The notes under the pieces are model-generated. The model searched no databases and had not been told where the DNA came from. It was given only the letters and a program-made list of their open reading frames with translations. This document shows, piece by piece, positions 1-11,094 of a stretch of DNA of 64,000 bases. Source of the stretch: Azolla caroliniana (taxonomy: Eukaryota > Plantae > Polypodiophyta); NCBI GenBank assembly GCA_043228905.1, contig JBHGNT010000017.1:9362001-9426000 (forward strand), read 5' to 3'. The stretch's first letter is position 1, and the number at the start of each line of letters is the position of its first letter. Made by a program: the position numbers and the translations under genes.

Positions 1-3
1 ACA

Positions 4-3000
4 TTGTCTAGTAAGCCATTTACCTCTCTCGAGGATTATGTGCATCACGCTCGGACCCAGATCCAAAAATCGGGACTTACGGGTGAGAAATGGTTTGTCG
101 CTTGTTTTTTGAATGGTATTCCCAATGGGGATTATCATTGGATTGTCCATGACAAGGACCCCACAACTTTCGAGGAAGCCGTCAACATTGTGCTGCAATA
201 CCATAGGACTTCCAAGAAAGACCACAATAAACCTGAGTTCGCCAAAACTCCGAATGTCAAGTTCATTGGGAAACGTAAGCAATCCAGTGACACTCTTGAC
301 CGCGACTCAAAGAAACCGAACCTCTTCTGTGCATATTGCAAGAAGCGGGGCCACACAAAGGATACCTGTCGTCGTCTTGAGAGGAAGTCAATGAACACCC
401 CTCCTCAAGACAAATCTACGAGTCACACAGGTGAGTCTTTTGATATTGTTGAAGTTCATACCAATCACTTAAGTTTATGTGAATGCACTTTTCCTTCACA
501 TTTACTTGGACCTAATGATTTACTCCGAGCAGTCGGATATATCAATGGAACACAAGCACATTTCTTGTTTGATTCCGGTAGTTCTCACAATTTTCTTAAT
601 GATCACTTTGTGCAGCAAATGGAGCTCCACATAAACGCAAGTGATCATATCTATCAAGTTCACATGGCAAATGGAAACGTTCAATACATCAGTGGCATTG
701 TTTGTCAACTGCCAATTCAAATAGATACTTATTTGGAGAAGCTTGACTTTCATGTTATGAAATTACAATCCGCAGATGTCATTTTAGGATATCCTTGGTT
801 TTTTAATAAAAACCCTTCTTTGTCCATTGATTGGGTTAATCACTCAATCACATTTGAACTTAATAATTGTAAACATTTTATTCAATGTTCCAAACTTCCT
901 TCTCATTCACTTGTGTCTTCTAAATCTTTAAGTGAGTATTCTAGTTCATTAATTTATTCGTGTGTAATTGATCCTGCGGTTCAATTTTATTATTTTAATA
1001 TTGATGCCACACAATTACCACATTTTGAGCAACGATTACTCGACTCTATTTTAGAGGATTTTCAAGATGTGTTTCCTACTGAATTACCGCTTACTTTACC
1101 ACCTAAACGTAATGTGGACCATCAAATTGAACTCATCCCTGGGGCTGCTCCTGTGAGCATTCCACCTTACCGACTTAGTCGATTAGAAGAGGATGAGATC
1201 GCTAAACAACTTAAGGAATACTTGAGTATGGGCCACATTAGGTATAGTAAATCACCTTGGGGTGCGCCAGTTCTATTAGTCAAGAAGAAGGAAGGTTCGT
1301 GGCGAATGTGTATCAATTATCGCCGTTTGAATAAAATGACAATTAAGAATGCATATCCATTACCTCGTGCCGATGATTTGATTGATCGTTTGCACGGGGC
1401 TCGATATTTTATGAAAATTGACTTACGAACTGGTTATCATCAGATTCGCATCGCCGAGGATGATATTCCTAAAACCGCTTTTCGTACGTGCTATGGCCAT
1501 TATGAGTTTTTAGTCATGCCGTTTGGGTTGACTAATGCTCCAGCCACATTCCAACAAGCGATGAATGATGTTTTCCGAGATCAACTCGGTGATTTTGTTG
1601 TCGTCTTCTTGGATGATATTTTGATATATAGCCGTACCTTGCAAGATCATGTTCAACATGTTCGATTTGTTTTGCGAAAGTTGCGTGACAACTCTTTCTA
1701 TGCAAAACATTCAAAATGTGACTTCTTCCAAAAATCTATTGTGTACCTAGGTCATTTAATTACAGAAAATGGCGTTGAAATTGAACCTTCTCGTATTGAA
1801 AAGGTTAAACTTTGGCCCATTCCTCGTAATATTCGTGAACTTAGATCATTCTTAGGGTTTGTTGGATTTTTACGAAAATCAATTCGTAACTATTCCAAAT
1901 TGACTACGCCATTAACTGACCTTTTAAAAGGTCATCCACGTAAGTCTGTCAAACCAATTTCATGGAATGAACAACTTGACAAATCATTTGAGACACTCAA
2001 GGAGCATGTGTGTCAGGCTCCCACTCTTCTATTACCAGACCCTTCTAAGCCTTTCTCAATTGAAACCGATGCTAGTGATTATGCTATTGGTGCCGTTCTT
2101 TATCAAGGTGGTCACCCTATTGCTTTTGAAAGTAAGAAGCTTGATGCTACTCAATCTCGGTATTCGGTTCAAGAGAAAGAGTTGTTTGCAGTGATACACG
2201 CACTTAAAACATGGACGCACTATCTCTATGGAAATAAATTTGTGGTTACAACAGACCATCAATCATTAAAGTATTTTTGTGACCAGCCCGATCTTGTTGG
2301 TCGTAAAGGCCGTTGGGCTGACCTTATGCAAGATTTTGATTTTTCCATACGATATCGCAAGGGTTCTATGAACACCGTTGCTGATGCTCTTAGTCGCATT
2401 AAAGAAGTTAACATGCTTAGCTTCACGGAAATAAAATCTGATCTTTTAGATCACCTTCGAGGGAAATACCTTGATGACAGTTATTTCTCAAAATACTGGA
2501 CGAAAGCCGAATCTGGTTTAGATGCCGATACTAGCACCCTACCCTCGAAGGCGACCTTTCACATTACAAACGGTTTGCTCTACCGTAGTGGAAAGGTTTG
2601 TGTTCCAGATTTACCAAATGTTAAACAGAAAATTTTTCATGAATGTCATGATGCACCATCTGCTGGTCATCCTGGAATACAACGCACACTCGTTCTCATC
2701 TCGTGTACTTTTTTCTGGCCTAAGATGCGCTCTGACGTGCATAAATACGTAACTCAATGCTTACAATGTCAGATTAATAAGTCGGAACGACTTAAAGCTG
2801 CTGGTCTTTTACATCCCTTAGATATTCCGAACAATAAATGGGAAAGTATCTCGATGGATTTTATTGTTAGTTTACCTCGTACACAGAGGGGTCATGATGC
2901 CATATGGGTTGTCGTTGACAGGCTAACAAAATTAGCTAGATTTATTCCTACAAAAACCACGGTAACCGCTCAACAATTGGCTTATCAATTTGTTGATGAG

Positions 3001-3915
3001 TTATTTCGTTTTTATGGATTACCGATGGATATTGTTAGTGATCGAGATTCCAAGTTTACTAGTGACTTTTGGACTCAGGTCTTTAAGAAACTAGAAACTA
3101 CGTTGAGCATGAGTTCCGCAGATCATCCTCAGTCTGATGGACAAACTGAACGAGTTAATCAAATTATTGAGGACATGCTTCGAGCTTATGTAGCAAAAAC
3201 CCCTTCTAAGTGGGAGCAATACCTTCCTATCTTAGAATTTGCCTATAATAGCTCTAAACATACATCCACTGGATATAGTCCTTTTATGTTGATGTATGGT
3301 TTTCAGCCACGTGCCCCAGTTGATGTCACGATTCATCATGATACATTAGACAGTACACGCAATTTTTTGCAAGACATGAACCAAATGTTGCATATTGCCA
3401 AAGAAAATGTCAAGACAGCTCAAGATCGTGCTCGATTTTATGCTGATCAGGATAGACGTCCTCGTGCATTTACTATTGGTCAAAAAGTTTTTTTGCGTGT
3501 CCCGACTGATTCTACGTCATTATCTACGGGCAAGTGCGCTAAGTTAGCCCCACGATATTGTGGCCCATTTGAAATCCTTAAGCGAGTTGGGTCATCTGCT
3601 TATCACCTTGCCTTACCTCGTAACATTGGTATTCATCCTGTTTTTCACGTCAGTCGTCTAAAACCATTTTTAGGCTCTGGTGATAACACCATCACAATCC
3701 AAGATCTTGTAACATTAGAGGATTTTTCTTACAAACCTCATGTTCCTGAACGAATTCTTGATTCTCGTACTAAACGTTTACGTTCTAAAGAGATTCGGCT
3801 ATTCAAGATCAAATGGATGGATAAACCTATTGATGATGCCACATGGGAACGCGAGCATTCGCTTAAGGCACAATTTCCTCACTTTATATTGCAAGAGTGC
3901 AATCTTTTGAAGTAG
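4..3915 (+). CDS. Gag-Pol polyprotein (CCHC knuckle, aspartic protease, RT, RNase H, integrase, chromodomain), N-terminally incomplete
   Basis: Motifs CAYCKKRGHTKDTC, LFDSGSSHNF, KIDLRTGYHQ, FLDDILIYS, IETDASDYAIGAVL, SMDFI, DGQTER, GPF, chromodomain ERILDSR...IKW...TWE; uninterrupted 1303 aa. Confidence 0.95.
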   Translation: MSSKPFTSLEDYVHHARTQIQKSGLTGEKWFVACFLNGIPNGDYHWIVHDKDPTTFEEAVNIVLQYHRTSKKDHNKPEFAKTPNVKFIGKRKQSSDTLDRDSKKPNLFCAYCKKRGHTKDTCRRLERKSMNTPPQDKSTSHTGESFDIVEVHTNHLSLCECTFPSHLLGPNDLLRAVGYINGTQAHFLFDSGSSHNFLNDHFVQQMELHINASDHIYQVHMANGNVQYISGIVCQLPIQIDTYLEKLDFHVMKLQSADVILGYPWFFNKNPSLSIDWVNHSITFELNNCKHFIQCSKLPSHSLVSSKSLSEYSSSLIYSCVIDPAVQFYYFNIDATQLPHFEQRLLDSILEDFQDVFPTELPLTLPPKRNVDHQIELIPGAAPVSIPPYRLSRLEEDEIAKQLKEYLSMGHIRYSKSPWGAPVLLVKKKEGSWRMCINYRRLNKMTIKNAYPLPRADDLIDRLHGARYFMKIDLRTGYHQIRIAEDDIPKTAFRTCYGHYEFLVMPFGLTNAPATFQQAMNDVFRDQLGDFVVVFLDDILIYSRTLQDHVQHVRFVLRKLRDNSFYAKHSKCDFFQKSIVYLGHLITENGVEIEPSRIEKVKLWPIPRNIRELRSFLGFVGFLRKSIRNYSKLTTPLTDLLKGHPRKSVKPISWNEQLDKSFETLKEHVCQAPTLLLPDPSKPFSIETDASDYAIGAVLYQGGHPIAFESKKLDATQSRYSVQEKELFAVIHALKTWTHYLYGNKFVVTTDHQSLKYFCDQPDLVGRKGRWADLMQDFDFSIRYRKGSMNTVADALSRIKEVNMLSFTEIKSDLLDHLRGKYLDDSYFSKYWTKAESGLDADTSTLPSKATFHITNGLLYRSGKVCVPDLPNVKQKIFHECHDAPSAGHPGIQRTLVLISCTFFWPKMRSDVHKYVTQCLQCQINKSERLKAAGLLHPLDIPNNKWESISMDFIVSLPRTQRGHDAIWVVVDRLTKLARFIPTKTTVTAQQLAYQFVDELFRFYGLPMDIVSDRDSKFTSDFWTQVFKKLETTLSMSSADHPQSDGQTERVNQIIEDMLRAYVAKTPSKWEQYLPILEFAYNSSKHTSTGYSPFMLMYGFQPRAPVDVTIHHDTLDSTRNFLQDMNQMLHIAKENVKTAQDRARFYADQDRRPRAFTIGQKVFLRVPTDSTSLSTGKCAKLAPRYCGPFEILKRVGSSAYHLALPRNIGIHPVFHVSRLKPFLGSGDNTITIQDLVTLEDFSYKPHVPERILDSRTKRLRSKEIRLFKIKWMDKPIDDATWEREHSLKAQFPHFILQECNLLK

Positions 3916-3922
3916 GGGAGTA

Positions 3923-4156
3923 TGTTATGTACACATAACGTTGGTGAGGGTAGGTCACTAATATTTACATTAGTGAAGGGTATGTTCACTATTATTAAAA
4001 AGGGGACTAATGATTGGATAGAATGAATAATATGTGCATGCACTATCATGATTTAGACAACCAATGAATAGAGAGCCTTTTAGAAAGGCACATCTATTCA
4101 AGGGGCCTAGGAAAAGGTATAAATATGAGGCTTAGCTACCCTCATAGGGATCATCA
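3923..4156 (+). repeat. Truncated 3' LTR (U3 and TATA) of the chromovirus
   Basis: Starts TG right after the PPT; TATAAAT at ~4118; composition switches abruptly at ~4157 with no clear LTR terminus. Confidence 0.7.
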
Positions 4157-5177
4157 CGTCGGAAGGCTGCTGTCGTAGACACCGGTGGTGCAGGCTAGGC
4201 TTTCGTCTCGACGATCGTGTTTATCTCTTCCAAGGTATTAGTCATCCTAATATCCGGCGGTATGGGACGTCAGTGGTAGGTTGGCTATGTCTAGATCATA
4301 GCTCGGGGGTGGTCGGGTGGAACGGGTTCTTCTATCCAATCTATTTTCTTCCTTATTACTTGATTTGGTCTATTGATTAGTAATAGACTCTTAACAGCTA
4401 GGTCCTCGCGTATTGCTGCAATGCTTTGCTCATTGAGTTTATAGAAGCCTCGACCGTCTTTCCTCCGGTTCTCCCAGTCCGCTCGATACGCATGCAATTC
4501 CGCTGCTTGTGCAGCCCACGCCATCCATCCTTTGTCTAGTGATGTTTTCAATTGCACCGTAAACCTCTCCCGATTCATTTGTAGAAGGATACGCATGTTG
4601 TCTGTGATGGCTTGGCAACGGTTGCATGCTTCTTCCACGGATTTCTTGAGGTTTGCAATTTCTTGTTGACTAACTGCCACTCCTTCTTCATATGTGCTCT
4701 TCCTACCTGCCCAAAGTTGAGATTCCTTTGCATGTAGTTCTTCCATTTTTCCCACCAACTGCTCGTCGAACCATGCTTTCTTTTTCTCCAATAAGGCATG
4801 GAGTCCCACGATTGCCGCCTCTGATTTTTTCGCTTCCTCTCGTAATTGGGCGTTTTCTTCTTTTGTCCGGGTGTGCTGTGCTATCTCCGCAACGAGTTTC
4901 TCTTCAAGGGTCTTTACTACCTTTTGGCCGTTGGCCCAGATGTCTTTTTCCCTGTCTGAGGACTGGCGAAGTCAACGCGGAGGCGGTCAATTTTTGATTC
5001 CGCTAGTTGTACGGTCCGTTTTGCTTTTGAGGCAATGGTGGTCTGAGCATCAATCTCTTCCTTCAGGGCTTCGACGCCGTTGTTTGGTGGTGGAGCTGCC
5101 TGTTGCGCCGTAGTCGCGTTATTTTCCAACTCCGCGATGCGTTCGTTGGCTTTTTGCAGCTCGACTTGGGTCAGTTT
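4157..5177 (-). pseudogene. C-terminal part of the coiled-coil 3' ORF of Athila/Tat-like Gypsy remnant A
   Basis: ORFs 4291-4809 and 4917-5177 encode E/K/Q-rich coiled coil; reading continues across TSDs into 10872-10929 and 31796-32298. Confidence 0.7.
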
Positions 5178-5217
5178 TGAAAACGTGAGTGTTTGCGGAA
5201 GCGTAAAACAGAGAACA

Positions 5218-5254
<37 letters not shown>

Positions 5255-5325
5255 AGAACGTAATTTCAAAATTATTTTCAAAATTATTCAGCCGATCCGG
5301 CTCCGGTTGAGCTTGCCGCTCAACA
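5178..5325 (-). repeat. 3' LTR of Copia 1, internally deleted (148 bp)
   Basis: Both ends match the 433-bp LTR at 10439-10871; the middle, including TATA, is missing. Confidence 0.93.
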
Positions 5326-5850
5326 CTCCCCCTCAAGCTCAACCTGAGGTGGGGTCGTAGTGTCGACCTCTGTGGCAGTCGGTTCTTCCAACTGACTTCT
5401 CTTGGCGTCACTCTGCCTTGCTCGCGCTCCTCGTTCGGTCCGGTCCCGTTTGCCGCGACCCCTTTGGTTCTGCACGCCTCGACCCTCTCGGTCGGCATGT
5501 CTGCTCAATAGGCCCATCTCAGCACTCACATTGCTGTGACTCCGGCGCTTGCCGATCCGTCAGTTCTCCCACGATGGCATCGACTTCCGCTGTGTCCGTG
5601 TCCCCTTGTCCTTCAGTCGATCCGACTCATCCGGATCCATCTGTTGATCCGAGTCAGCTGTCTCCGACTCGTTCCAGCTCTTGTCCGAATCGGTACACTC
5701 CGATTCGACTTCCGGCTTCAGGCCTCTCACTGCATCAGACCACTTCCGAGTCTTGGCCTTCTCCATGCTTCCCTCGACTTCTTCAGTCGGTGAATCGAAA
5801 TCGAATTCTTCATTCGACTCCGCATCATGGTCAGTACCGTCGTGATGACC

Positions 5851-7641
5851 TTAGCACAACATGCACTTCTCTTCCTGAGTGCACAACTCTTCTTCACAGC
5901 CGCTTGCTCCGACCTGTTCGGATGTGTCGACTTCCTTCGTCGACTCGGCTTCCTTCATCTTCTTGTCTCCTCTTCTTCTGGCTCTCCTCTTACCGACGGG
6001 TTCAACAGTTTTTTGGCCTTTGCCCGTTTCGGTAGAGACTTTGCCCTTGCTTCTCCCCCTCAAGTGCAGCACGTTGAGATGCTGAATACCAAGCATGTCG
6101 GTAAAGTGCTGCAACTTGTCTGATCCGAGCGGCTTGGTGAAGATGTCGGCAACTTGCCGATTCGTATGAACATACCGTAGGTCAACTTCACCGCTTAGGA
6201 CCCGCTCACGCACGAAGTGGTAGTGCACCTCGATGTGCTTTGTGCGAGCATGGAACACAAGGTTCCCGGCGAGCTGCAGGCTGCTCATGTTATCGCAGTA
6301 AATCGGGATCGGGGTCGGTACCTCGATCCGCAAGTCTCGTAGCAGTCGCTGAAGCCAGATGGCTTCACAAGTGGCAACGGTAGCGGCCCGGTACTCAGCC
6401 TCAGTGCTTGACAAAGCCACTGTGGGCTGCTTCTTGCTGCTCCACGCAACGGCCGCGCTACCTATGGAGAACATGTATCCGGAAGTGGAGCGGCGATCAG
6501 ACGCATCGCTGGCCCAGTCAGCATCTGTGTAACCGACAAGCTCTTCGGGTATACCTCGCCGGTATAGCAGTCCCCGGTCCTTAGTGCCGCTGACATACCG
6601 TAATATTTGTTGCGCGCACTGAAGGTGCTCCACGGTCGGCTTCTACATGAACTGACTTACCATGCCGATCGGATAGCTGATGTCGGGTCGGGTGATGGTT
6701 AAGTAGATCAGGCTCCCGACAACCTGTCGGAACCGTTTCTCATTGTAGGCCGGTCCGGAGTTGGGACGGAGCTTCTGGTTCCGGTCCAGGGGTGTGGAGA
6801 CAGGTCGGCAATCCGTCATGCCGAACTTATACAGCATATTCAACACGTAATGTCGTTGTGAGAGCAATATGCCGTCGGGGGTCCAGATCACTTCGATCCC
6901 AAGAAAATAATGAAGGTCCCCCAGGTCCTTCATTTCGAATGCGTCCGACAACTGGGACTTGACGCGGTTGATTTCGGGAAGACCCGGTCCGGTGATGACT
7001 AAATCATCCACATACAAGAGTATACATACCGGACCGTCAGAGCCTTGCCGGATGAACAACGAAGAGTCCGACTTAGAGATAGCAAACCCCAGCTTACGCA
7101 ACCGGTGCGTGATCTTCGCGTTCCAGGCTCGGGGGGCTTGCTTCAAGCCGTAAAGCGACTTCTTCAGTCGGCATACCGCCGACTTGTTCATCTCCAATTG
7201 AAATCCGGGGGGCTGAGTCATAAAGACTTCTTCTTCAAGCTCTCCTTGAAGGAAGGAGTTCTTCACATCCATCTGGTGAAGATGCCACCCCCTTGCCGCA
7301 GCAACCGCCAGTACCACACGAACCGTCGTCATCTTCGCCACAGGAGCGAAGGTCTCGTCGTAGTCGATTCTGTGGGTCTGCGTGTATCCCTTCGCCACTA
7401 ACCGGGCTTTGTACCGGTTAACAGAACCGTCGGCGTTGTACTTGACCTTGTACACCCACTTGCATCCGATCGGTTTACAGTGACGGGGAGGATCAACTAG
7501 GTCCCAAGTTTCGTTGGCATCGAGTGCCCGCATTTCTTCGTCCATAGCGGCACGCCAATTTGCGTCCTTTGCCGCTTCTGCGTAGCTCTCCGGCTCACGC
7601 ACTTCTGTCACCTTAGTCATGTACACATAATGGTGCGCCAT
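5851..7641 (-). pseudogene. Copia 1 RT and RNase H (split by a stop)
   Basis: KARLVAKG, QMDVK, LYGLKQAPR, LLYVDD, GYTDADWA, SSTEAEY, HARTKHIEVHYHF. Confidence 0.95.
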
Positions 7642-7659
7642 GTATTCATTGTACCCGTA

Positions 7660-9403
7660 TCACATGACGGGATCCTTCTGGCGGGTTGATAGGCGCAACG
7701 CACTGTCACCTGATTTGAGGCCCTTCTTGGCCAGTTCGGTCTTCGTTGCCGAAGATCCGCCTTTCTCCTTTCCGGAGTCGGATATGCACCGATCTGACTC
7801 ATCGTTGCCGGTTTCGAATTCCGGCATCTTCCTCTTCCCCTTCTCTTTGCGCGTGAACCGTTTCCTCGGTTCCTTGCGCGGGGAGAGCACGACAGAGTCT
7901 CCACCACTTGCCGTCTCTTCATCCGACTGGTCCAACCGACTCAGTCACTCGTTCGGTCCACTCAACCGTAACGATTCTGGACTCTCATCTTGAGTCCTGG
8001 CTTCATCATCCTCTGCCAGGGCTGATTCAGGCTCACTGGTCTGATCTTCCGACATTGGGTCGGGATCGGAAGTCGGAGTCGGTACGGAGTACCAGGATGC
8101 CGATTCATCGAACTCGACATCCCGGCTAACTCGGACTTCCTTCGTCCGGGGGTTATAGAACTTATACCCCTTTTGCTTTTGAGCATAGCCGACTAGGATG
8201 CATTTTTCCGATTTTGCATCCAGCTTTCTCCGCTTCTGATCGGGCACATGCACATACGCTATGCTGCCGAATATCCGAAGGTGTCTTAAGTTCGGCTTGC
8301 GCCCGAAATACAGCTCATGAGCTGACACCTTGTCACCAATGCGGTTTTGTATGTAGACGGCCGTCCGGACCGCCTCCGCCCAGTAGAACCGGGGCATGCT
8401 CTTCTCCTCCAGCATTGCCCTTGCCGCTTCGACGAGTGTTTGGTTCTTCCTTTTGGCCACACCGTTTTGCTCTGGTGTGTATCTACAGCTGAACTCCCGC
8501 CGAATTCCCTTCTGCTGCAGATAACTAGTGAATTGGCCGGAAAAATATTCCTTTCCGCCATCCGACCGAAGGCATTTGATCTTCCTCTCTGATTCCCGTT
8601 CCACCATCTTCTGGAGGCTCCAGAAACAGTCGAAGACTTCGCTCTTCCACTCAATGAGGTAGATCCAAGTATGTCGAGTATAGTCGTCGATGAAGGAGAC
8701 GAAGTACCGGCTCCCGCCAAGGCTTACACTTTGTGCCGGTCCCCACACATCCGAATGGATGAGATCGAGCTTGTTACGGCTCCGGTTCCGTTCGGTGGGG
8801 AATGGAAGCCGGTGTTGCTTCCCAAGTTGGCAGGCTTCACAGATTTTGGCTCTCCGGCCGTTGAACTTCGGCAAACCGACAACGACTTGTTTCGTTTGCA
8901 GGTCTTGAAGCCTCCGGTAGTTGACGTGGTCTATCCGGTTGTGCCACAGGTCGATATCCGACTCGACCTTCTGTCGTTTCGCGAACAGAGCGGTGCCAAA
9001 GTCATTGGTGTTGAGGATAAACATCCTCCCGTCTCTGCGCCCTTGCGCAATGACTTCGCCGTCATCCTCAATGAAGCATCCGAGGTGCGTAAACCGCACC
9101 TGCATCCCCTGGTCGACAATCTGACCGACGGACACCAGGTTCTTTGTGATTGTCGGAACGTGTAATACGTTCATCAGCTTCCCTTTCTGTCCGACGTGGC
9201 TGAGGGACTTCTCTGACGTGCATGATTGGGTGAGGAGTGTCGTCTCCGGTTTCGACTACTCCTGGTTGATCCGGTTTCTCCAGAAAGGAGAACCACTCTT
9301 TGTGGCTCGTCATGTGGTTCGACGCGCCAGAATCAACATACCACACTTCCTCCGTTTTGGAAGTGGTCTTCTTCATTGAGTTTTCCTTGTGATTCATCAC
9401 CAA
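7660..9403 (-). pseudogene. Copia 1 protease and integrase (frameshifted)
   Basis: WYVDSGASNHMT, LWHNRIDH...CEACQLGK, HSDVWGP, LRSDGGKEY, PEQNG. Confidence 0.95.
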
Positions 9404-10344
9404 GGCTGGCCCCTTACCGGCCTTTCCGGTTCCGGATCCTCTTGATCCGTTTGCGTAGTGCGAGTTTTGCCGGCCATCCTTACCGGTCTTGCCGGATCCG
9501 GATTTGTCCGAATCGGCACGCTTTCTCCAGCACTCGCTTTCCCTGTGGCCTTTTTTGCCACAGTACCAACATTCCGTAGCGGATTTGTCTTGCCGGCCTC
9601 CGGCACCGCCTTGACTCCCCCTACTCGTGGAAGTCCCGGAACTCTATCGGCACGCTCATAGTGCCTCCGTTCCTGCTCTTGCCGGCCGCCTCCATTGCGT
9701 GCCGACCCACCTCTTCCACCACGCCCATGGAGCCGATCCGTTCCCATGTACAACATTCGGCTGTCCGGGGATGCACTGGTAGATGCACCGGCGTGGTTCT
9801 CCTCTACAAGGAGCATCGACTGTAAGTCGAGGAATGAGGGGGTATTCTCCCTTGTACACACTGCAGTCCAGAACGCTCTGAACTTGGACGCCAGGCCTCC
9901 GAGACATACCTGCACCATCTCGTCTTCCTCTACGGTAACATTGATAGAGGCGAGCGAGTCGCAGATCTCCTTTATCCGGCCCGTGTAGTCTGTCTGTCGA
10001 ACATTGCTCAACTCCTGTCTGAGTTGCAGCTTCCGGGCAGTGGTGCTTGCGGCGAAAACCTTTTTCAGGTTCCCCCAAGCATCCTTCAGTGTCTTGGCGT
10101 CACGGATGTGGCTGAGCAGCTGATCGCCGACACTGGACGCGAAGCAGTACATCACCCTGCTTGCCACCTGTTCCCATACCGGGAAGTCCTTGTGTGCCGA
10201 GTCGGGCGCCGCATCATTCGCTCCTTCGACATAACTCCAGTACCCGTGTCCAAGCAGGTACTGGTGCATCTTGTAAGACCAGGATGCGTAGTTGCTCCTG
10301 TCGAGCTTCTCCACCGGGAGCGACGTAGCCATGCCTCTATCCAT
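9397..10344 (-). pseudogene. Copia 1 gag (frameshifted near zinc knuckle)
   Basis: KLDRSNYASWSYKMHQYLLGHGYW Copia gag N-terminus, UBN2-like region. Confidence 0.9.
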
Positions 10345-10426
10345 GTCTTCTACTGTGTCTGTTTTCGACCTGTTAGGGTTTTCTTCTCAAGAGTAAATGT
10401 CTGCAGCAGAGGTTCTCAACCCTCGT

Positions 10427-10438
10427 GCTCTGATACCA
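10427..10438 (-). promoter_or_regulatory. PBS complementary to tRNA-iMet
   Basis: TGGTATCAGAGC on the minus strand, adjacent to the 5' LTR. Confidence 0.93.
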
Positions 10439-10477
10439 TGAAAATGTGAGTGTTTGCGGAAGCGTAAAACAGAGAAC

Positions 10478-10554
<77 letters not shown>

Positions 10555-10871
10555 AGCAGAACGTAATTTCAAAATTATTTTCAGACTCTCTATGCACACT
10601 GTGCTAAGTAGCACTATTTATACAAGTCCTCTTGGGACTGACAGAAGTACCATGTACTTCAATGCTCACACGAGCATCTGACACTTACTACGAGACTATA
10701 GCTACCTAGTAGTCTATCCTATACTAGGCTTCCGATTGGACTTCCGGTTACGGATTGCACCCGGCCTCCACTGCTTGCCGGTTCAGTTGCTCACCGTCAT
10801 ACCGATCCGTCTCGCTTACCGGCTCCGGCTTATTCAGCCGATCCGGCTCCGGTTGAGCTTGCCGCTCAACA
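10439..10871 (-). repeat. 5' LTR of Copia 1 with (CT)n tract
   Basis: TG...CA ends; TATAAAT on minus strand at ~10615-10622; (AG)n at 10481-10549. Confidence 0.95.
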
Positions 10872-11094
10872 AGTTTAACCTTCTTCCAGATATTCTTATT
10901 TTTAATGGCCATCTCCTTAGCGCCCATGCTGTTAGGAACAATACTAAGACAGAGAAGGAATTAGTACTAAAAGAAGTATTAGTACTAAGAGAGGTGAAGA
11001 ACTCTCGAGAGAAGGAAAGAGTGAGTGAGAGGGAGGGAGAGAGAGATCGAGAGAGAGAGAGTGATGATAAGAAAAGATATATATTATATGAAGA

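Larger units (their letters stand above)
1..4156 (+). mobile_element. Ty3/Gypsy chromovirus LTR retrotransposon; 5' end outside window, 3' LTR truncated
   Basis: Single gag-pol ORF, then PPT AGTAGGGGAG (3911-3920) and LTR start TGTTATG at 3923. Confidence 0.92.
5178..10871 (-). mobile_element. Ty1/Copia element 1 (degenerate, frameshifted)
   Basis: LTRs 5178-5325 and 10439-10871; TSD AGTTT (5173-5177 / 10872-10876); tRNA-iMet PBS; PPT; gag-PR-INT-RT-RH order. Confidence 0.96.

Noticed and set aside
4917-5498. 193-aa ORF as a real gene
   Set aside because: Chance read-through from Copia 1 3' region across its deleted LTR and (CT)n tract into remnant A.
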